64,000 bases of DNA from an uncultured Gemmatimonadales bacterium (GCA_963771275.1 CAVYSW010000009.1:396882-460881); one strand, 5' to 3'; counted from the stretch's first letter, positions 38,011 to 48,356 are shown. Numbers and translations: made by a program. The notes: generated from the sequence alone by a model not told the origin.

Positions 38011-38501
38011 AGCAACCTCACCGAGGGGAGCAGCATCACGGCGAACACCGCCACGAGGATCCACGTCGGGATCCGCACGATGATCCCGAGCCACGCCAAC
38101 AGGACATAGCGCGGAAACCGCCCGACGGCCACCGCCAGCAGATAGCGGCCCAGCGGGTAGGCCTCGGCGAACGCCATCGCCTTGAACGGGAAGAACGGCA
38201 GGGGCGAGACCCCCGAGAGCATGAGGACCAGGAATGGCCAGCGCGAAAACCGCGCGCGCAGCCAGCCCACGGTGCCGGCGGCAAAGAACGGCTTGTCCTG
38301 GACCCGCTCGATCAGCGGGACGAACACCCGGTGGTCCACCCATCCGGCGGCGACCGTCCCCGCCGTGGCGATCACCGCGGTGGCCCAGATGCCGTACGCG
38401 CCGCCGAACCAGATCACGATGGGCTCGTGCGGGACGACGGCCAGGGCCACGTTGGAGACGAACGCGTACGCAAACAGCGTCGCGACAAGGGCAAGCGGCA
38501 T
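37986..38501 (-). CDS. DedA/VTT (SNARE-associated) membrane protein
   Basis: Hydrophobic; VPHEP, SPLPFFPFK and GRFPRY motifs typical of YqaA/VTT proteins. Confidence 0.7.
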   Translation of the reverse strand: MPLALVATLFAYAFVSNVALAVVPHEPIVIWFGGAYGIWATAVIATAGTVAAGWVDHRVFVPLIERVQDKPFFAAGTVGWLRARFSRWPFLVLMLSGVSPLPFFPFKAMAFAEAYPLGRYLLAVAVGRFPRYVLLAWLGIIVRIPTWILVAVFAVMLLPSVRLLWKRPSAK

Positions 38502-38540
38502 CGTGGCCCTCCCCGGGGCGACTGGGTAGATTGGCCGCTC

Positions 38541-40025
38541 GTGAGCCTGCTGCGGCTGGAAGATATCACCAAGCGGTATCCCGGGGTCACCGCGCTCGAC
38601 GCCGTCGGGCTGGAGCTCGCGGCGGGCTCGGTGCACGCGCTGATCGGCGAGAACGGCGCCGGCAAGTCCACGCTCCTCAAGATCCTCGCCGGCGCCGAGC
38701 GGCCGGACGCGGGCCGCGTGCTGCTGGACGGCGAGCCCCTCGCGCTCACCGCACCGCGCCAGGCCCTGGACCGCGGCATCACGGTCATCTACCAGGAGCT
38801 GACGCTCGTGCCGGAGCTGGGGGCCGACGCCAACGTGTTCCTCGGCATGGAGCCCGTGCGCGGGCTCGCGCTCGACCGCCGGGCCATGCGGGAGCGCGCC
38901 GGCGCGACGCTGGCGAGCCTGGGTCTCCCGCTCCCGGATCCCGGCATTCCGGTCAAGCGGCTCTCGATCGCGCAGCGGCAGCTGGTGGAGCTGGCCCGCG
39001 CCTTGGTGCGCCGGGCGCGGGTGATCGCGCTGGACGAGCCGACCGCGACGCTCACGCAGACCGAGGTCACCCATCTCTTCGGGCAGATCGCGCGGCTGCG
39101 CGAGCGCGGGGCCGGGATCATCTTCGTGTCGCACCGGCTGGACGAGGTCCGGCAGATCGCCGACGAGATCACGGTGCTGCGCGACGGCGCGGCCGTGTGG
39201 CACGGACCGGCGCGCGAGGTCGACGACGCGGGGCTCATTCGCCTCATGGTGGGACGCGACGTCGAGTACCTGCGCCAGCCGCCGGCCGGTCCGCCGGCGC
39301 CGACCCCCCGGCTGGAGGTCATGGGGCTCACGCGCGAGCCGGGGTTCCGGGATGTGAGCTTCACGGTACGGCCGGGCGAGATCGTGGCGCTCGCGGGGCT
39401 GGTGGGGGCCGGACGGACGGAGGTGGCGCGCTGCCTCGCCGGCGCCGACCGGTGGACCGGGGGCCGCGTGCGCCTCGCCGGCCGGGACTACCACCCGCGC
39501 GGCCCGCGCGACGGGATTCGCCGGGGTCTGGTGTACCTCCCCGAGGACCGCAAGCGCGACGGGTTGATTCTGGGGTTCACGGTCGGCGCCAACACGACGC
39601 TCCCGGTGCTGCGCCGCTTCGCGCGGCTGGGCATCGTGCGCGGACCCGCCGAGCGCCACGCGGCCGAGGAGGTGGTCGAGCGCATTCAGCTGCGCCCGCC
39701 CGACGTGGATCGCGTGACGCGCACGCTCTCGGGGGGTAACCAGCAGAAGGTCGTGCTGGCCAAGTGGCTCCTGGCCGACGCGGAGGTCCTGATCGTGGAC
39801 GAGCCGACCCGCGGCGTGGACGTGGGGGCGAAGATCGAGCTGCACCGGCAGATCCGGGGGTTGGCGAATCTCGGGAAGGCGGTGCTGGTCATCTCCTCCG
39901 AGATGCCCGAGGTGCTGGCCCTGGCCGATCGCGTCGTCGTGATGCGCGAGGGCCGGGTGGCCGGCGAGCTGGCGGCGGCGGACGCGACGGCGGAGCGGAT
40001 CATGGCTTTGGCGGTGGCGGCATGA
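38541..40025 (+). CDS. Monosaccharide ABC transporter ATP-binding protein (RbsA-like)
   Basis: GENGAGKST, LDEPTATL, VSHRL, PEDRK..GL, LSGGNQQK, DEPTRGVDVGAK. Confidence 0.93.
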   Translation: MSLLRLEDITKRYPGVTALDAVGLELAAGSVHALIGENGAGKSTLLKILAGAERPDAGRVLLDGEPLALTAPRQALDRGITVIYQELTLVPELGADANVFLGMEPVRGLALDRRAMRERAGATLASLGLPLPDPGIPVKRLSIAQRQLVELARALVRRARVIALDEPTATLTQTEVTHLFGQIARLRERGAGIIFVSHRLDEVRQIADEITVLRDGAAVWHGPAREVDDAGLIRLMVGRDVEYLRQPPAGPPAPTPRLEVMGLTREPGFRDVSFTVRPGEIVALAGLVGAGRTEVARCLAGADRWTGGRVRLAGRDYHPRGPRDGIRRGLVYLPEDRKRDGLILGFTVGANTTLPVLRRFARLGIVRGPAERHAAEEVVERIQLRPPDVDRVTRTLSGGNQQKVVLAKWLLADAEVLIVDEPTRGVDVGAKIELHRQIRGLANLGKAVLVISSEMPEVLALADRVVVMREGRVAGELAAADATAERIMALAVAA

Positions 40026-41041
40026 GATCGTGGATCGGGCGGTACGGCGTCGGCCTGGCGCTCCTGCTGCTCACGGCGATCGCGGCGGTGACGGTGCCGG
40101 GCTTCTTCACGCGCGAGAACCTCACGATCGTGCTGCTCCACGTGTCGATCAACGCGATCCTGGCACTGGGCATGACGTTCGTGATCGTGGCGGCCGGCAT
40201 CGACCTCTCCGTCGGATCGGTGCTCGGGCTGGCGGGCGTCCTGGCGGCGGCGACGCTCACGAGCGGTCCGCTGCTACAGGCGGTGGGTGTGGGTGGTGCC
40301 GTCGCGGCCGCGCTCATCGTGGGGCTCGGCACCGGCGTCGGCGTGGGGGCGGTGAATGGCGCCGTGACCGCCTGGTTCGGCGTGGCGCCCTTCATGGTGA
40401 CGCTCGCCGCGATGACGATCGCGCGCGGGGCCGCCCGGCTGTTCACCGGCGGCGTGCCGATCGGCTTCCCGGCCATCGGCGATCCGCAGTTCGCCGCCAA
40501 GGTGGCCGCCCTCGACGCGCTGCACGAGCTGGGCGGCGGCCGGCTGCCCGTCCCCGGGCTGCCACGCGGCTTTCCCGTGCCCGCCCTGGTGATGCTGCTG
40601 CTCGCGGTGCTCGCGGCGTTCGTGCTCACCCGCACGCGGTTCGGCCGCTACGTCTACGCCGTGGGGGGCAACGAGGAGGCCGCCCGCCTTGCCGGCGTGC
40701 CGATCCGGGCGGTGAAGCTCGCGGTCTACGCCATCGCGGGCGCCTGCGCCGGGCTGGCGGGCATCCTGCTGGTGGGTCAGCTCCGCTCGGGCGGGCCGGA
40801 CGCCGGACTGCTGTACGAGCTCAATGCCATCGCCGCGGCCGTGATCGGCGGCGCCTCGCTGTTCGGCGGCATTGGCACCGCCTGGGGCGCGCTGGTGGGC
40901 GCGCTGATGATCGGCGTGCTCAACAACGCGCTCGATCTGCTCGGCGTGCAGTCCTTCTGGCAGGAGATTGTGAAGGGCGGCATCATCCTCCTCGCGGTAC
41001 TGTTCGACGTCTGGACCAAACGTGGAGCGCAGCGTGCGTAG
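40022..41041 (+). CDS. Monosaccharide ABC transporter permease (RbsC-like)
   Basis: GIDLSVGS, TRFGRYVYAVGGNEEAARLAGV, YELNAIAAAVIGGASL.GG. Confidence 0.93.
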   Translation: MRSWIGRYGVGLALLLLTAIAAVTVPGFFTRENLTIVLLHVSINAILALGMTFVIVAAGIDLSVGSVLGLAGVLAAATLTSGPLLQAVGVGGAVAAALIVGLGTGVGVGAVNGAVTAWFGVAPFMVTLAAMTIARGAARLFTGGVPIGFPAIGDPQFAAKVAALDALHELGGGRLPVPGLPRGFPVPALVMLLLAVLAAFVLTRTRFGRYVYAVGGNEEAARLAGVPIRAVKLAVYAIAGACAGLAGILLVGQLRSGGPDAGLLYELNAIAAAVIGGASLFGGIGTAWGALVGALMIGVLNNALDLLGVQSFWQEIVKGGIILLAVLFDVWTKRGAQRA

Positions 41042-44000
41042 GACGTTCCTGTTGCTCGCCGTCGCGGCGGCTGGACTCACCCCCCGGGCTCAGGCCCAGG
41101 ATCGCCTGATCAGCGACTGGCTGATTCGGGCGCCGATCCCGGCGGACCAGGGCGATGCCGGTGTCCTCAAGGACTACCTCGGCAACGAAGCGACCGTGCT
41201 GCCGGCACCGGGGGACACGGCCGCAGGCGGGCCGTTCCGGCTGATCCACGCGGATTCGCTGGGGCGCGTGAATCTCACCGCGCTCGCGGGGCCGTCCGAC
41301 TGGAGTGTGGCCTACGCGCACACCTACGTGCTCGCGCCCACGGAGCGCACCATCCTGCTCGTGATGGACAGCGATGATGACATCGTGGCCCGGGTGAACG
41401 GCCAGCGCGTGTGGGTGCACGTCGTTCCCCGTGGCATCGGCCCCGGGCGCGACACGGTGCGCGTGCGGCTGGCCGCCGGCTGGAACAGCGTGCTGCTCAA
41501 GGTCGTGAACCGGACCGGCGGGTTCGACCTGCTCGGCAGGCTGGCCGACGCACCGGGGGGCGGCAGCGTGGGCGACCTCACGCTCTCCACCGACCGCCCA
41601 CCGGGCATGACGGCGCACCGCTACCCGGCCGCCACGGTGGAGCTCGGGCCGCTCACCGTGAGCGGAACGGCGCGGTGGAAGCGCGGCGACCTGCTGGTGA
41701 GCGCAGCAGTGGCGGTGACCGCCTGGGGAGCCGACACGATCCGCGACGCCCGGGTCACGGTGTCGGGCGCGCGGCAGACCCTGATCGACCGGACGGTCGC
41801 GGCTCTGGCGCCCGGAGAGCCGCTGCCGATCGACCTCCCGGCCCGGTTCGACGATCTCAAGGACGCGGCGGCGGGCCGGCGGCCGCTCACGGCGACCGCG
41901 CGCACCGGCGGCGGCGCGCGACGCACCGCGCTGTTCGTCGATCCCGAGCCGCTCCTCAGGCTGCAGGGGGGGCCCCTCGACGTGTTCGACCCCGTGGCCG
42001 ATACCTCGCCGCCGGTGGCGCCGTTCCGGACGACCCTGGTAGTGCCACCCGCCTACGGCGGCCTGACCCTCGACCTGCTCACGCTCGGCATGGGGCGCGG
42101 GGCGCGCTACGTGGTGAACGGCGCGGCACGCTCCTGGGACGCGGGCCGCATCCCGCTGTGCGGGCCGTGCCGGGTCGGGGAGACGCTCGCGCTCGCGATC
42201 ACGCCGGACCCCGCGCGCCCACTGTGGTTCGCGCCGCGGGCGCAGGTGCGTGAGGCCGGGTTCGCCGAGTACGCCGACGGCTACCGCTACGCCCAGGCAC
42301 TCGAGGGCGCGGCGCCGGCCATCACGCGCCCCGATCCCGCCGCGTGGCTGGCGGCGCTCGGCACGCCGGCCGACGCGGCGCTGCGCGAGCGGTACCGCGC
42401 AGCGTACGCCCCGCTCGCGCAGCGCATCCGGCAGGACACGCTGCTCCTGATCGGGAACTCGCACATCGACGCCGCGTGGCTGTGGCGCTGGCGCGAGACG
42501 ATCGACGTGATCCGCAATACCTGGCGCACGTCGCTCAAGCTCGCCGACATCTTTCCCGGGTACGTGTTCGCGGGGAGCAGCGCCGCGTTCTACGACGCGA
42601 TGGACCGGCTGGAGCCCGGGCTCGCGGACTCGCTGCGCGCGGCGACCCGCGCCGGAGCGTGGGCGCCGGTGGGCGGGTGGTGGGTCGAGTCGGACATGAA
42701 CAACGCGTCGGGGGAATCGCTCATCCGGCAGGGGCTGTACGGCCAGCGCTACTTTCAGCGCCGCTTCGGCATGCGCTCCACGGTCGCGTGGACGCCCGAC
42801 ACGTTCGGCTACCCGTGGACCGTGCCGCAGATCCTCAAGGGCACGGGGTTCGACTATTTCGTCACCCAGAAGATCCGCTGGAACGACTCGACGGAGTTCC
42901 CGTACAACGCGTTCATCTGGGAGGGCCGGGACGGCAGCCGGATCTTCGCCTACAACCCCTACGGCTACACGCACGACCTAGCCCCCGCCGACCTGATCCG
43001 CGAGCGGGTCGAGGATCGGGCGCGCACGGGCAATCACCACCAGATCGTGCTGTACGGCGTGGGCGACCACGGCGGCGGGCCGACGATCGAGATGCTGGAG
43101 CGGGCCGAGCGCCTGCGCCGGGTGCCGACGTTTCCGGTGATGCGCTACGCCGGCCCCGAGGAGGCGCTCCCCGCGGTGGCGCACGACACGCCGGCGGCGG
43201 GCTTCCCGGTGTGGCGGGACGAGATGTACCTCGAGTACCACCGCGGCACCTACACCACCCAGGCGGCGATGAAGCGGCGCAACCGGGAGAGCGAAATCCG
43301 GCTGCAGACGGCGGAAGCGCTCGCGACCGTCGACCCGGGGGCGTACCCCCATGCGCAGCTCGAGAGCGCGTGGCGCCGGGTGCTGTTCAACGAGTTCCAC
43401 GACATCCTGCCCGGGTCGGGCATCGACAGCGTCTATCTCGACGCCAACGCCAACTACGACAGCGCGTGGGCGACGCTCGACACGGTGACCGCGTCGGCAT
43501 TCGAGCTGCTGCGCGCCCGCATGGACACGCGGGGCCGCGGCACGCCGGTCGTCGTGTTCAACGCGTTGTCGTGGGCCCGGGGCGGCCGGGTACCGGTGGC
43601 GGGCCCGGCAGGCGACACAACTTGGCTCGTCGTGGACTCGGTGCCGCCGCTCGGCGCGCGTGTGGCGCATCTCCCCGGCGGCGCGCGGCCGGCCTCGTTC
43701 GCCAGGCTGCCGGCGCCCAGCGCCGGCGCGGGCTGGATCGAGAACGCGTTTCTCCGGGTGGAGATCGACACGCTCACGGGGACGGTCACCCGGATTCGCG
43801 ACAAGCGCCATGGGCGGGAGGTGCTCGCCCAAGGGGGCCGCGCCAACGTGCTCCAGGTGCTCGACGACCGGCCAGCCCAGTGGGATGCGTGGGACATCAT
43901 GCCCAATCCCGAGACTTGGGAAGTGACGGCGGTACGGCAGACCGGCGGTACGGCGGACCGCGACGCCGCGCGGTTCACGGTCGAGCGTAGCTGGGGGACC

Positions 44001-44777
44001 TCCGTATTCCGGCAGGCACTCGTGCTGAGGCGGGATGCGCCGTACCTCGAGGTGGAGAACGACGTGGACTGGCACGAGCGGCGTAAGCTGCTCAAGGTGG
44101 GATTCGCGCTGGCCGTGGCGCCGGACTCGGCGACCTACGAGATCCCCTACGGGACGATCGGCCGGTCGGGCCGGCCGCGCACGCAGGCGGAGCGCGCCAA
44201 GTACGAGGTGCCGGGGCAGCGCTGGGCCGACGTGTCGGCGGGGGATTACGGCGTCGCGATCCTCAACGATTCCAAGGACGGGTGGGACTACCAGGCCGGC
44301 CCCGCGGGCAGCGTGTTGCGGCTCTCCTTGCTCAAGGCCCCGATCTGGCCGGACTCCACGGCCGACCGCGGGCGGCAGCGGTTCCGGTTCGCGGTCTACC
44401 CGCACGCCGGCGACTGGCGTGCCGCCGGGATCGACCGCCGGGCCGCGGAGTACAACATCCCGCTGCTCGCCGGGACCGAGCCGTCGCACGCAGGTCCGCT
44501 CGGCGGAGCGGTGTCGTTCGCGGGGGTCGAGCCGGGCGACGTTCAGCTCACCTGGCTCAAGCGCGCCGAGGACGGAGACCGCTGGGTGCTCCGACTGGTG
44601 GAATGGCACGGTCGGGCGACCGAGGCGACCGTGACGCTGCGCTGCGCGGGCGCGCGTGCCTGGCGCGCCAACCTGCTCGAGGACGTCGGCGCGCCCGTGG
44701 CGGTCGAGGCGGGCCGGATTCGGATGCCGCTCCGGCCGTTCGAGATCACTACCTTGCTCGTGGAGTGCACGCCATGA
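41034..44777 (+). CDS. Secreted GH38 alpha-mannosidase with long N-terminal extension
   Basis: SHIDAAWLW, GGWWVESD, GESLIRQ, WTPDTFG (nucleophile), GDHGGGP, YLEYHRGTYT, FHDILPGS; signal peptide ending AQA. Confidence 0.9.
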   Translation: MRRTFLLLAVAAAGLTPRAQAQDRLISDWLIRAPIPADQGDAGVLKDYLGNEATVLPAPGDTAAGGPFRLIHADSLGRVNLTALAGPSDWSVAYAHTYVLAPTERTILLVMDSDDDIVARVNGQRVWVHVVPRGIGPGRDTVRVRLAAGWNSVLLKVVNRTGGFDLLGRLADAPGGGSVGDLTLSTDRPPGMTAHRYPAATVELGPLTVSGTARWKRGDLLVSAAVAVTAWGADTIRDARVTVSGARQTLIDRTVAALAPGEPLPIDLPARFDDLKDAAAGRRPLTATARTGGGARRTALFVDPEPLLRLQGGPLDVFDPVADTSPPVAPFRTTLVVPPAYGGLTLDLLTLGMGRGARYVVNGAARSWDAGRIPLCGPCRVGETLALAITPDPARPLWFAPRAQVREAGFAEYADGYRYAQALEGAAPAITRPDPAAWLAALGTPADAALRERYRAAYAPLAQRIRQDTLLLIGNSHIDAAWLWRWRETIDVIRNTWRTSLKLADIFPGYVFAGSSAAFYDAMDRLEPGLADSLRAATRAGAWAPVGGWWVESDMNNASGESLIRQGLYGQRYFQRRFGMRSTVAWTPDTFGYPWTVPQILKGTGFDYFVTQKIRWNDSTEFPYNAFIWEGRDGSRIFAYNPYGYTHDLAPADLIRERVEDRARTGNHHQIVLYGVGDHGGGPTIEMLERAERLRRVPTFPVMRYAGPEEALPAVAHDTPAAGFPVWRDEMYLEYHRGTYTTQAAMKRRNRESEIRLQTAEALATVDPGAYPHAQLESAWRRVLFNEFHDILPGSGIDSVYLDANANYDSAWATLDTVTASAFELLRARMDTRGRGTPVVVFNALSWARGGRVPVAGPAGDTTWLVVDSVPPLGARVAHLPGGARPASFARLPAPSAGAGWIENAFLRVEIDTLTGTVTRIRDKRHGREVLAQGGRANVLQVLDDRPAQWDAWDIMPNPETWEVTAVRQTGGTADRDAARFTVERSWGTSVFRQALVLRRDAPYLEVENDVDWHERRKLLKVGFALAVAPDSATYEIPYGTIGRSGRPRTQAERAKYEVPGQRWADVSAGDYGVAILNDSKDGWDYQAGPAGSVLRLSLLKAPIWPDSTADRGRQRFRFAVYPHAGDWRAAGIDRRAAEYNIPLLAGTEPSHAGPLGGAVSFAGVEPGDVQLTWLKRAEDGDRWVLRLVEWHGRATEATVTLRCAGARAWRANLLEDVGAPVAVEAGRIRMPLRPFEITTLLVECTP

Positions 44778-45688
44778 CGCACGCTCGTCGCGTTCTGCCC
44801 GCGCTGCTGCTGCCGCTGGTCGCCTGCGCGGGCGGCCGGAAGCAGGGGCGCCCGCAGGTGGGGGTCACGCTGCTCACCGAAGCCCACGTGTTCTACCAGG
44901 ACCTGAAGCGCGGCATGCAGCAGGCGGCGGACAGCCTGGGCATCGACCTGCACATCGTGGCGGGCGAGTGGGACCTCGCGCGGCAGACGGCGCAGGTGCA
45001 GGGGTTCGTGACGCAGAAGATGAACGCCGTGATCATCGCCCCGGTCAACTCGAGCGGCATCGTGAGCGCGGTGGAGGAGGCGCGAGCCGCCGGCATCCCG
45101 GTGTTCACCGCGGACATCGCCGCCGACGGGGGCGGCGTGGTGTCGCACATCGCCAGCGACAACCGGCAGGGCGGCCGCCTGCTCGGCGAGTACCTCGCGG
45201 CGCGGCTCAACGGCAAGGGCGCCATCGCGATCCTCGATCAGCCGACCGTGCGGAGCGTGCAGGACCGCGTGGCGGGCTTTCGCGAGGCGATCGCGGCGTA
45301 TCCGGGCATGACGGTGGTCGCCGATCCCGCCGTGGAGCGCGGGCTGCGCGACGTGGCCAAGCAGAAGGCCGACAATCTGCTGGCGGGCGGCCGCCGGATC
45401 GACGCGATCTTCGGCAGCAACGACGATTGCGCGCTGGGCGCGCTGGCCGCGGTGCAGGCCGCCGGCCGCAACGACATCCTGATCGTGGGCTACGATGCGA
45501 CGCCCGAGGCCCGCACCGCGATCGCCGGCGGGACGGCGCTCGCGGCGGACGCCGTGCAGCACCCCGAGGTGATCGGGCGCCGGGCGGTGGAGACGGTCGC
45601 GGCGTATCTCAAGGGCGAGCACGTGCCGGAGCGCATCGCCGTGCCGGTGAGCCTCGTGGACCGCGACTCCCTGCGGACGGGACGCTGA
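44774..45688 (+). CDS. Sugar ABC transporter substrate-binding lipoprotein (RbsB-like)
   Basis: Lipobox LVAC; GIPVFTAD, IASDNRQGG, NDDCALGA, IVGYD. Confidence 0.9.
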   Translation: MTHARRVLPALLLPLVACAGGRKQGRPQVGVTLLTEAHVFYQDLKRGMQQAADSLGIDLHIVAGEWDLARQTAQVQGFVTQKMNAVIIAPVNSSGIVSAVEEARAAGIPVFTADIAADGGGVVSHIASDNRQGGRLLGEYLAARLNGKGAIAILDQPTVRSVQDRVAGFREAIAAYPGMTVVADPAVERGLRDVAKQKADNLLAGGRRIDAIFGSNDDCALGALAAVQAAGRNDILIVGYDATPEARTAIAGGTALAADAVQHPEVIGRRAVETVAAYLKGEHVPERIAVPVSLVDRDSLRTGR

Positions 45689-45698
45689 GGAGCCGATC

Positions 45699-46547
45699 AT
45701 GCTGATGCTCGACGGGATCGCGGTCGATGTCGCGGGGCGGACCGACATCGGCAAGGTGCGCGCGGTGAACGAAGACCAGTTCCTGATCGCGGCCCTGCAC
45801 AAGCTGATCGATATCCACGACACCAGCCTGCCCGACCGGTACCGCACGCGGATCCACTCGGGCGCGCGGGCGGTGGTCCTGCTGGTGGCGGACGGCGTGG
45901 GCGGCGCGCCCGCGGGCGAGCGCGCCAGCTCGATCACCTTGGACGCGATCATGAACTACGTGACCCATTCGATGCGCTGCTTCTACGCGCTCGACCAGCA
46001 GGCGGCCCCCGATCTGCTCCACGAGCTGGCCGGCTCGGTCCGGCGGAGTCACGAGGCCGTCCTCGCCCAGGGAGCGGAGTCGCCCGAGCACGCCGGCATG
46101 GCGACCACGCTCACCATGGCGCACGTGCTGTGGCCGCGCGCCTACGTCGTCCACATCGGCGACAGCCGCTGCTACCGCCTGCGCGGCGATCAGCTCGAGC
46201 TGGTGACCCGGGATCAGACCCTGAGCCAGGCGCTCGTGGAGAGCGGCGAGATCTCGCAAGAGCAGGCGCAGCGCTCGCCGTTTGCGCACGTGCTGTTGCA
46301 GGCGATCGGTGGGCCGCAGGACATCGAACCGGCGGTTTCCCAGATCGACCTCGAGCCGGGCGACACGCTGCTGCTGTGTACGGACGGCCTCACCAAGCAC
46401 GTGGCACGGAACGAGATGGCGGCGCTGCTCACCGGCGCGGCGAGCGCCGCCGACGCGGCGCGCGCCCTGATCGACACCGCGCTCGCGGGCGGCGGCAGCG
46501 ACAACGTCACCGCCGTCGTCGCGCGGCTCACCCGGCCGGCGGCGTGA
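45699..46547 (+). CDS. PP2C-family Ser/Thr protein phosphatase
   Basis: TDIGKVR..NED, VADGVGG, HIGDSR.Y, LLLCTDGL, GGSDNVT. Confidence 0.92.
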   Translation: MLMLDGIAVDVAGRTDIGKVRAVNEDQFLIAALHKLIDIHDTSLPDRYRTRIHSGARAVVLLVADGVGGAPAGERASSITLDAIMNYVTHSMRCFYALDQQAAPDLLHELAGSVRRSHEAVLAQGAESPEHAGMATTLTMAHVLWPRAYVVHIGDSRCYRLRGDQLELVTRDQTLSQALVESGEISQEQAQRSPFAHVLLQAIGGPQDIEPAVSQIDLEPGDTLLLCTDGLTKHVARNEMAALLTGAASAADAARALIDTALAGGGSDNVTAVVARLTRPAA

Positions 46548-47389
46548 CCCGCCGTACACTGCTCGGCCTGCTGGCGGCGCTCGCCGCCGGCGCGACCGCG
46601 TGCACCGAGAGCCCGCCACTCCGCGTGATGACCTTCAACATTCGCTACGGCACCGCGTCGGACGGCGAGAACGCCTGGGCCCAACGGAGCGGTCGCCTGT
46701 TCAACGTCGTCGCGGCCGAGCGGCCGGACGTGCTGGGCGTGCAGGAGGCGCTGCGGTTCCAGCTCGACGAGCTGCACGATCGGTTTCCGGAGTTCGCGGA
46801 GATCGGTGTGGGCCGCGACGACGGCAAGACCGCCGGCGAGTACGCCGCGATTTTCTACCGCACCGACCGACTTGCCGTGGACACCAGCGGCACGTTCTGG
46901 CTGTCGGACACGCCCGAGGTGCCTGGCTCGGTCTCGTGGGGCAATCACGTCACGCGGATCTGCACCTGGGCCCTGCTCACGGACCGGCGGACGGGGACAC
47001 GACTCGCGGCGTTCAATCTCCATCTGGACCACGAGTCCCAGCCGGCCCGCGAGCGGGGCGCGGAACTGGTGATGCGCCGCATGCCGGCCATCGCGGGTGA
47101 CCTGCCGACGATCCTCACCGGCGATTTCAACGCGGGGGAGGACAACCCGGCGGTCGCGACGGTGCTCCACGCCGGGATGCGTGACACGTTTCGCGCGCTC
47201 CACCCGGACGCCCGCTGGGTGGGCACGTTCAACGGCTTCACCGGCGACAGCACGGGCCCCAAGATCGATTACGTGTTCGTGGGCCCCACGTGGGAGATCC
47301 TCGACGCCGCGATTGGCCGATCACGTCCGGGCGGGCGGGACGCCTCGGACCACTTCCCGGTCACGGCTGCCATGCGGCTCGCCCGCTAG
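46544..47389 (+). CDS. Endonuclease/exonuclease/phosphatase-family lipoprotein
   Basis: VMTFNIR, LGVQE, NLHLD, TGDFN, IDYVF, SDHFPV; lipobox ATAC. Confidence 0.88.
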   Translation: MTRRTLLGLLAALAAGATACTESPPLRVMTFNIRYGTASDGENAWAQRSGRLFNVVAAERPDVLGVQEALRFQLDELHDRFPEFAEIGVGRDDGKTAGEYAAIFYRTDRLAVDTSGTFWLSDTPEVPGSVSWGNHVTRICTWALLTDRRTGTRLAAFNLHLDHESQPARERGAELVMRRMPAIAGDLPTILTGDFNAGEDNPAVATVLHAGMRDTFRALHPDARWVGTFNGFTGDSTGPKIDYVFVGPTWEILDAAIGRSRPGGRDASDHFPVTAAMRLAR

Positions 47390-47416
47390 CGTCGTTCCGG
47401 CTGTCGCCGGCCAAGG

Positions 47417-47899
47417 CTACGGCGGCAGGATCTCGTACGATCCCGCCGGCAGCCGGTCGGTCCACCACCCATCGGGACCGCCCTGGAGCCTGGCTGCAAA
47501 GTAGTACGTGCCTTGCCCCGACATCTGGAGAATGTCGGAGTATGGTATGACGGTCGTGCCGAACGCCTGGCTCCCTCGGGGCGGGATGTTCACCCCCATC
47601 TCAAGTCCCGCCGTACACCGATGATCGAAGTCCTGACTCCAGGCCGGAGATCCCGTCCGTTGCAGGTCGCGGTACGCGCTGAATTCCCAGCCACACCCAT
47701 CCGCCGTTCCGACCAACGGCAGATCTCCGAAGTTGACCGCGGTGAGACTGGCGTAGAGGACACGCCCACGTTGGGTCAGTCCCAGCTCGTAGTCCACCAC
47801 CAGGATGATGCTCCCGGTCCAGGGAGTCACGTCCCCGCAGCCAGGGCCCGCAAGGGCGAGCGCCGCCAGGGTCGCCGAAACACGAACGTTTGATATCAT
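47417..47899 (-). CDS. Hypothetical exported protein / lipoprotein
   Basis: Signal peptide with GPGC; Ig-like beta pattern; two further Cys; visibly less GC-biased codon usage than the flanking genes. Confidence 0.5.
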   Translation of the reverse strand: MISNVRVSATLAALALAGPGCGDVTPWTGSIILVVDYELGLTQRGRVLYASLTAVNFGDLPLVGTADGCGWEFSAYRDLQRTGSPAWSQDFDHRCTAGLEMGVNIPPRGSQAFGTTVIPYSDILQMSGQGTYYFAARLQGGPDGWWTDRLPAGSYEILPP

Positions 47900-47923
47900 G
47901 GCACACCCCCCAAGCATCCACCG

Positions 47924-48052
47924 TCAGTACGCGATCTGAAGCATCCCCACTATGCTCTCGATCTCGAAACTGACGTAGACCCACGGGCTGAACATTGCGT
48001 TACCCGTCTCGGGATCACGGCCCCAGTGAACGCCCACTAGCTTGATCGGGTT
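47924..48052 (-). pseudogene. Possible 3' remnant of a trypsin-like serine protease gene
   Basis: Manual translation NPIKLVGVHWGRDPETGNAMFSPWVYVSFEIESIVGMLQIAY* resembles the segment after GDSG in S1 proteases; no room for the N-terminal part. Confidence 0.3.
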
Positions 48053-48074
48053 TCTTGAGGCGAGCGCAGGCCCC

Positions 48075-48356
48075 CTACTTCTGTCCCCCCAGCGAGAACG
48101 CCGCGTCGAGATCGCGGCGCGAGTACACGCGGAACGCGATCAGCGTCTCGGCCCCGTTGATGTGCGCCAGCTTGAGCATCCGGCCGGGCACGAGCGTGGC
48201 GAGATCCTCGTTGGAATGCACCCGCACGACGGCCACCAGGTCGAACCGCCCCGCCACCGAGTACACCTCGCTCACGCCCTCGATCTCGGCCAGGGCCTGG
48301 GCGGTCTCGTGGATCCAATCGTGCTCGACGCTGAGCAGGACGACGGCGGATACCAT
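48075..48356 (-). CDS. Stand-alone Lrp/AsnC ligand-binding domain protein
   Basis: LAEIEGVSEVYSVAGRFDLVAVVRV and TLIAFRVYSRRDL; no HTH. Confidence 0.82.
   Translation of the reverse strand: MVSAVVLLSVEHDWIHETAQALAEIEGVSEVYSVAGRFDLVAVVRVHSNEDLATLVPGRMLKLAHINGAETLIAFRVYSRRDLDAAFSLGGQK

Noticed and set aside
37986..39845. 619-aa minus-strand ORF
   Set aside because: Only the last 171 aa (from 38501) look real (VTT/DedA); the rest is antisense to the ABC ATPase
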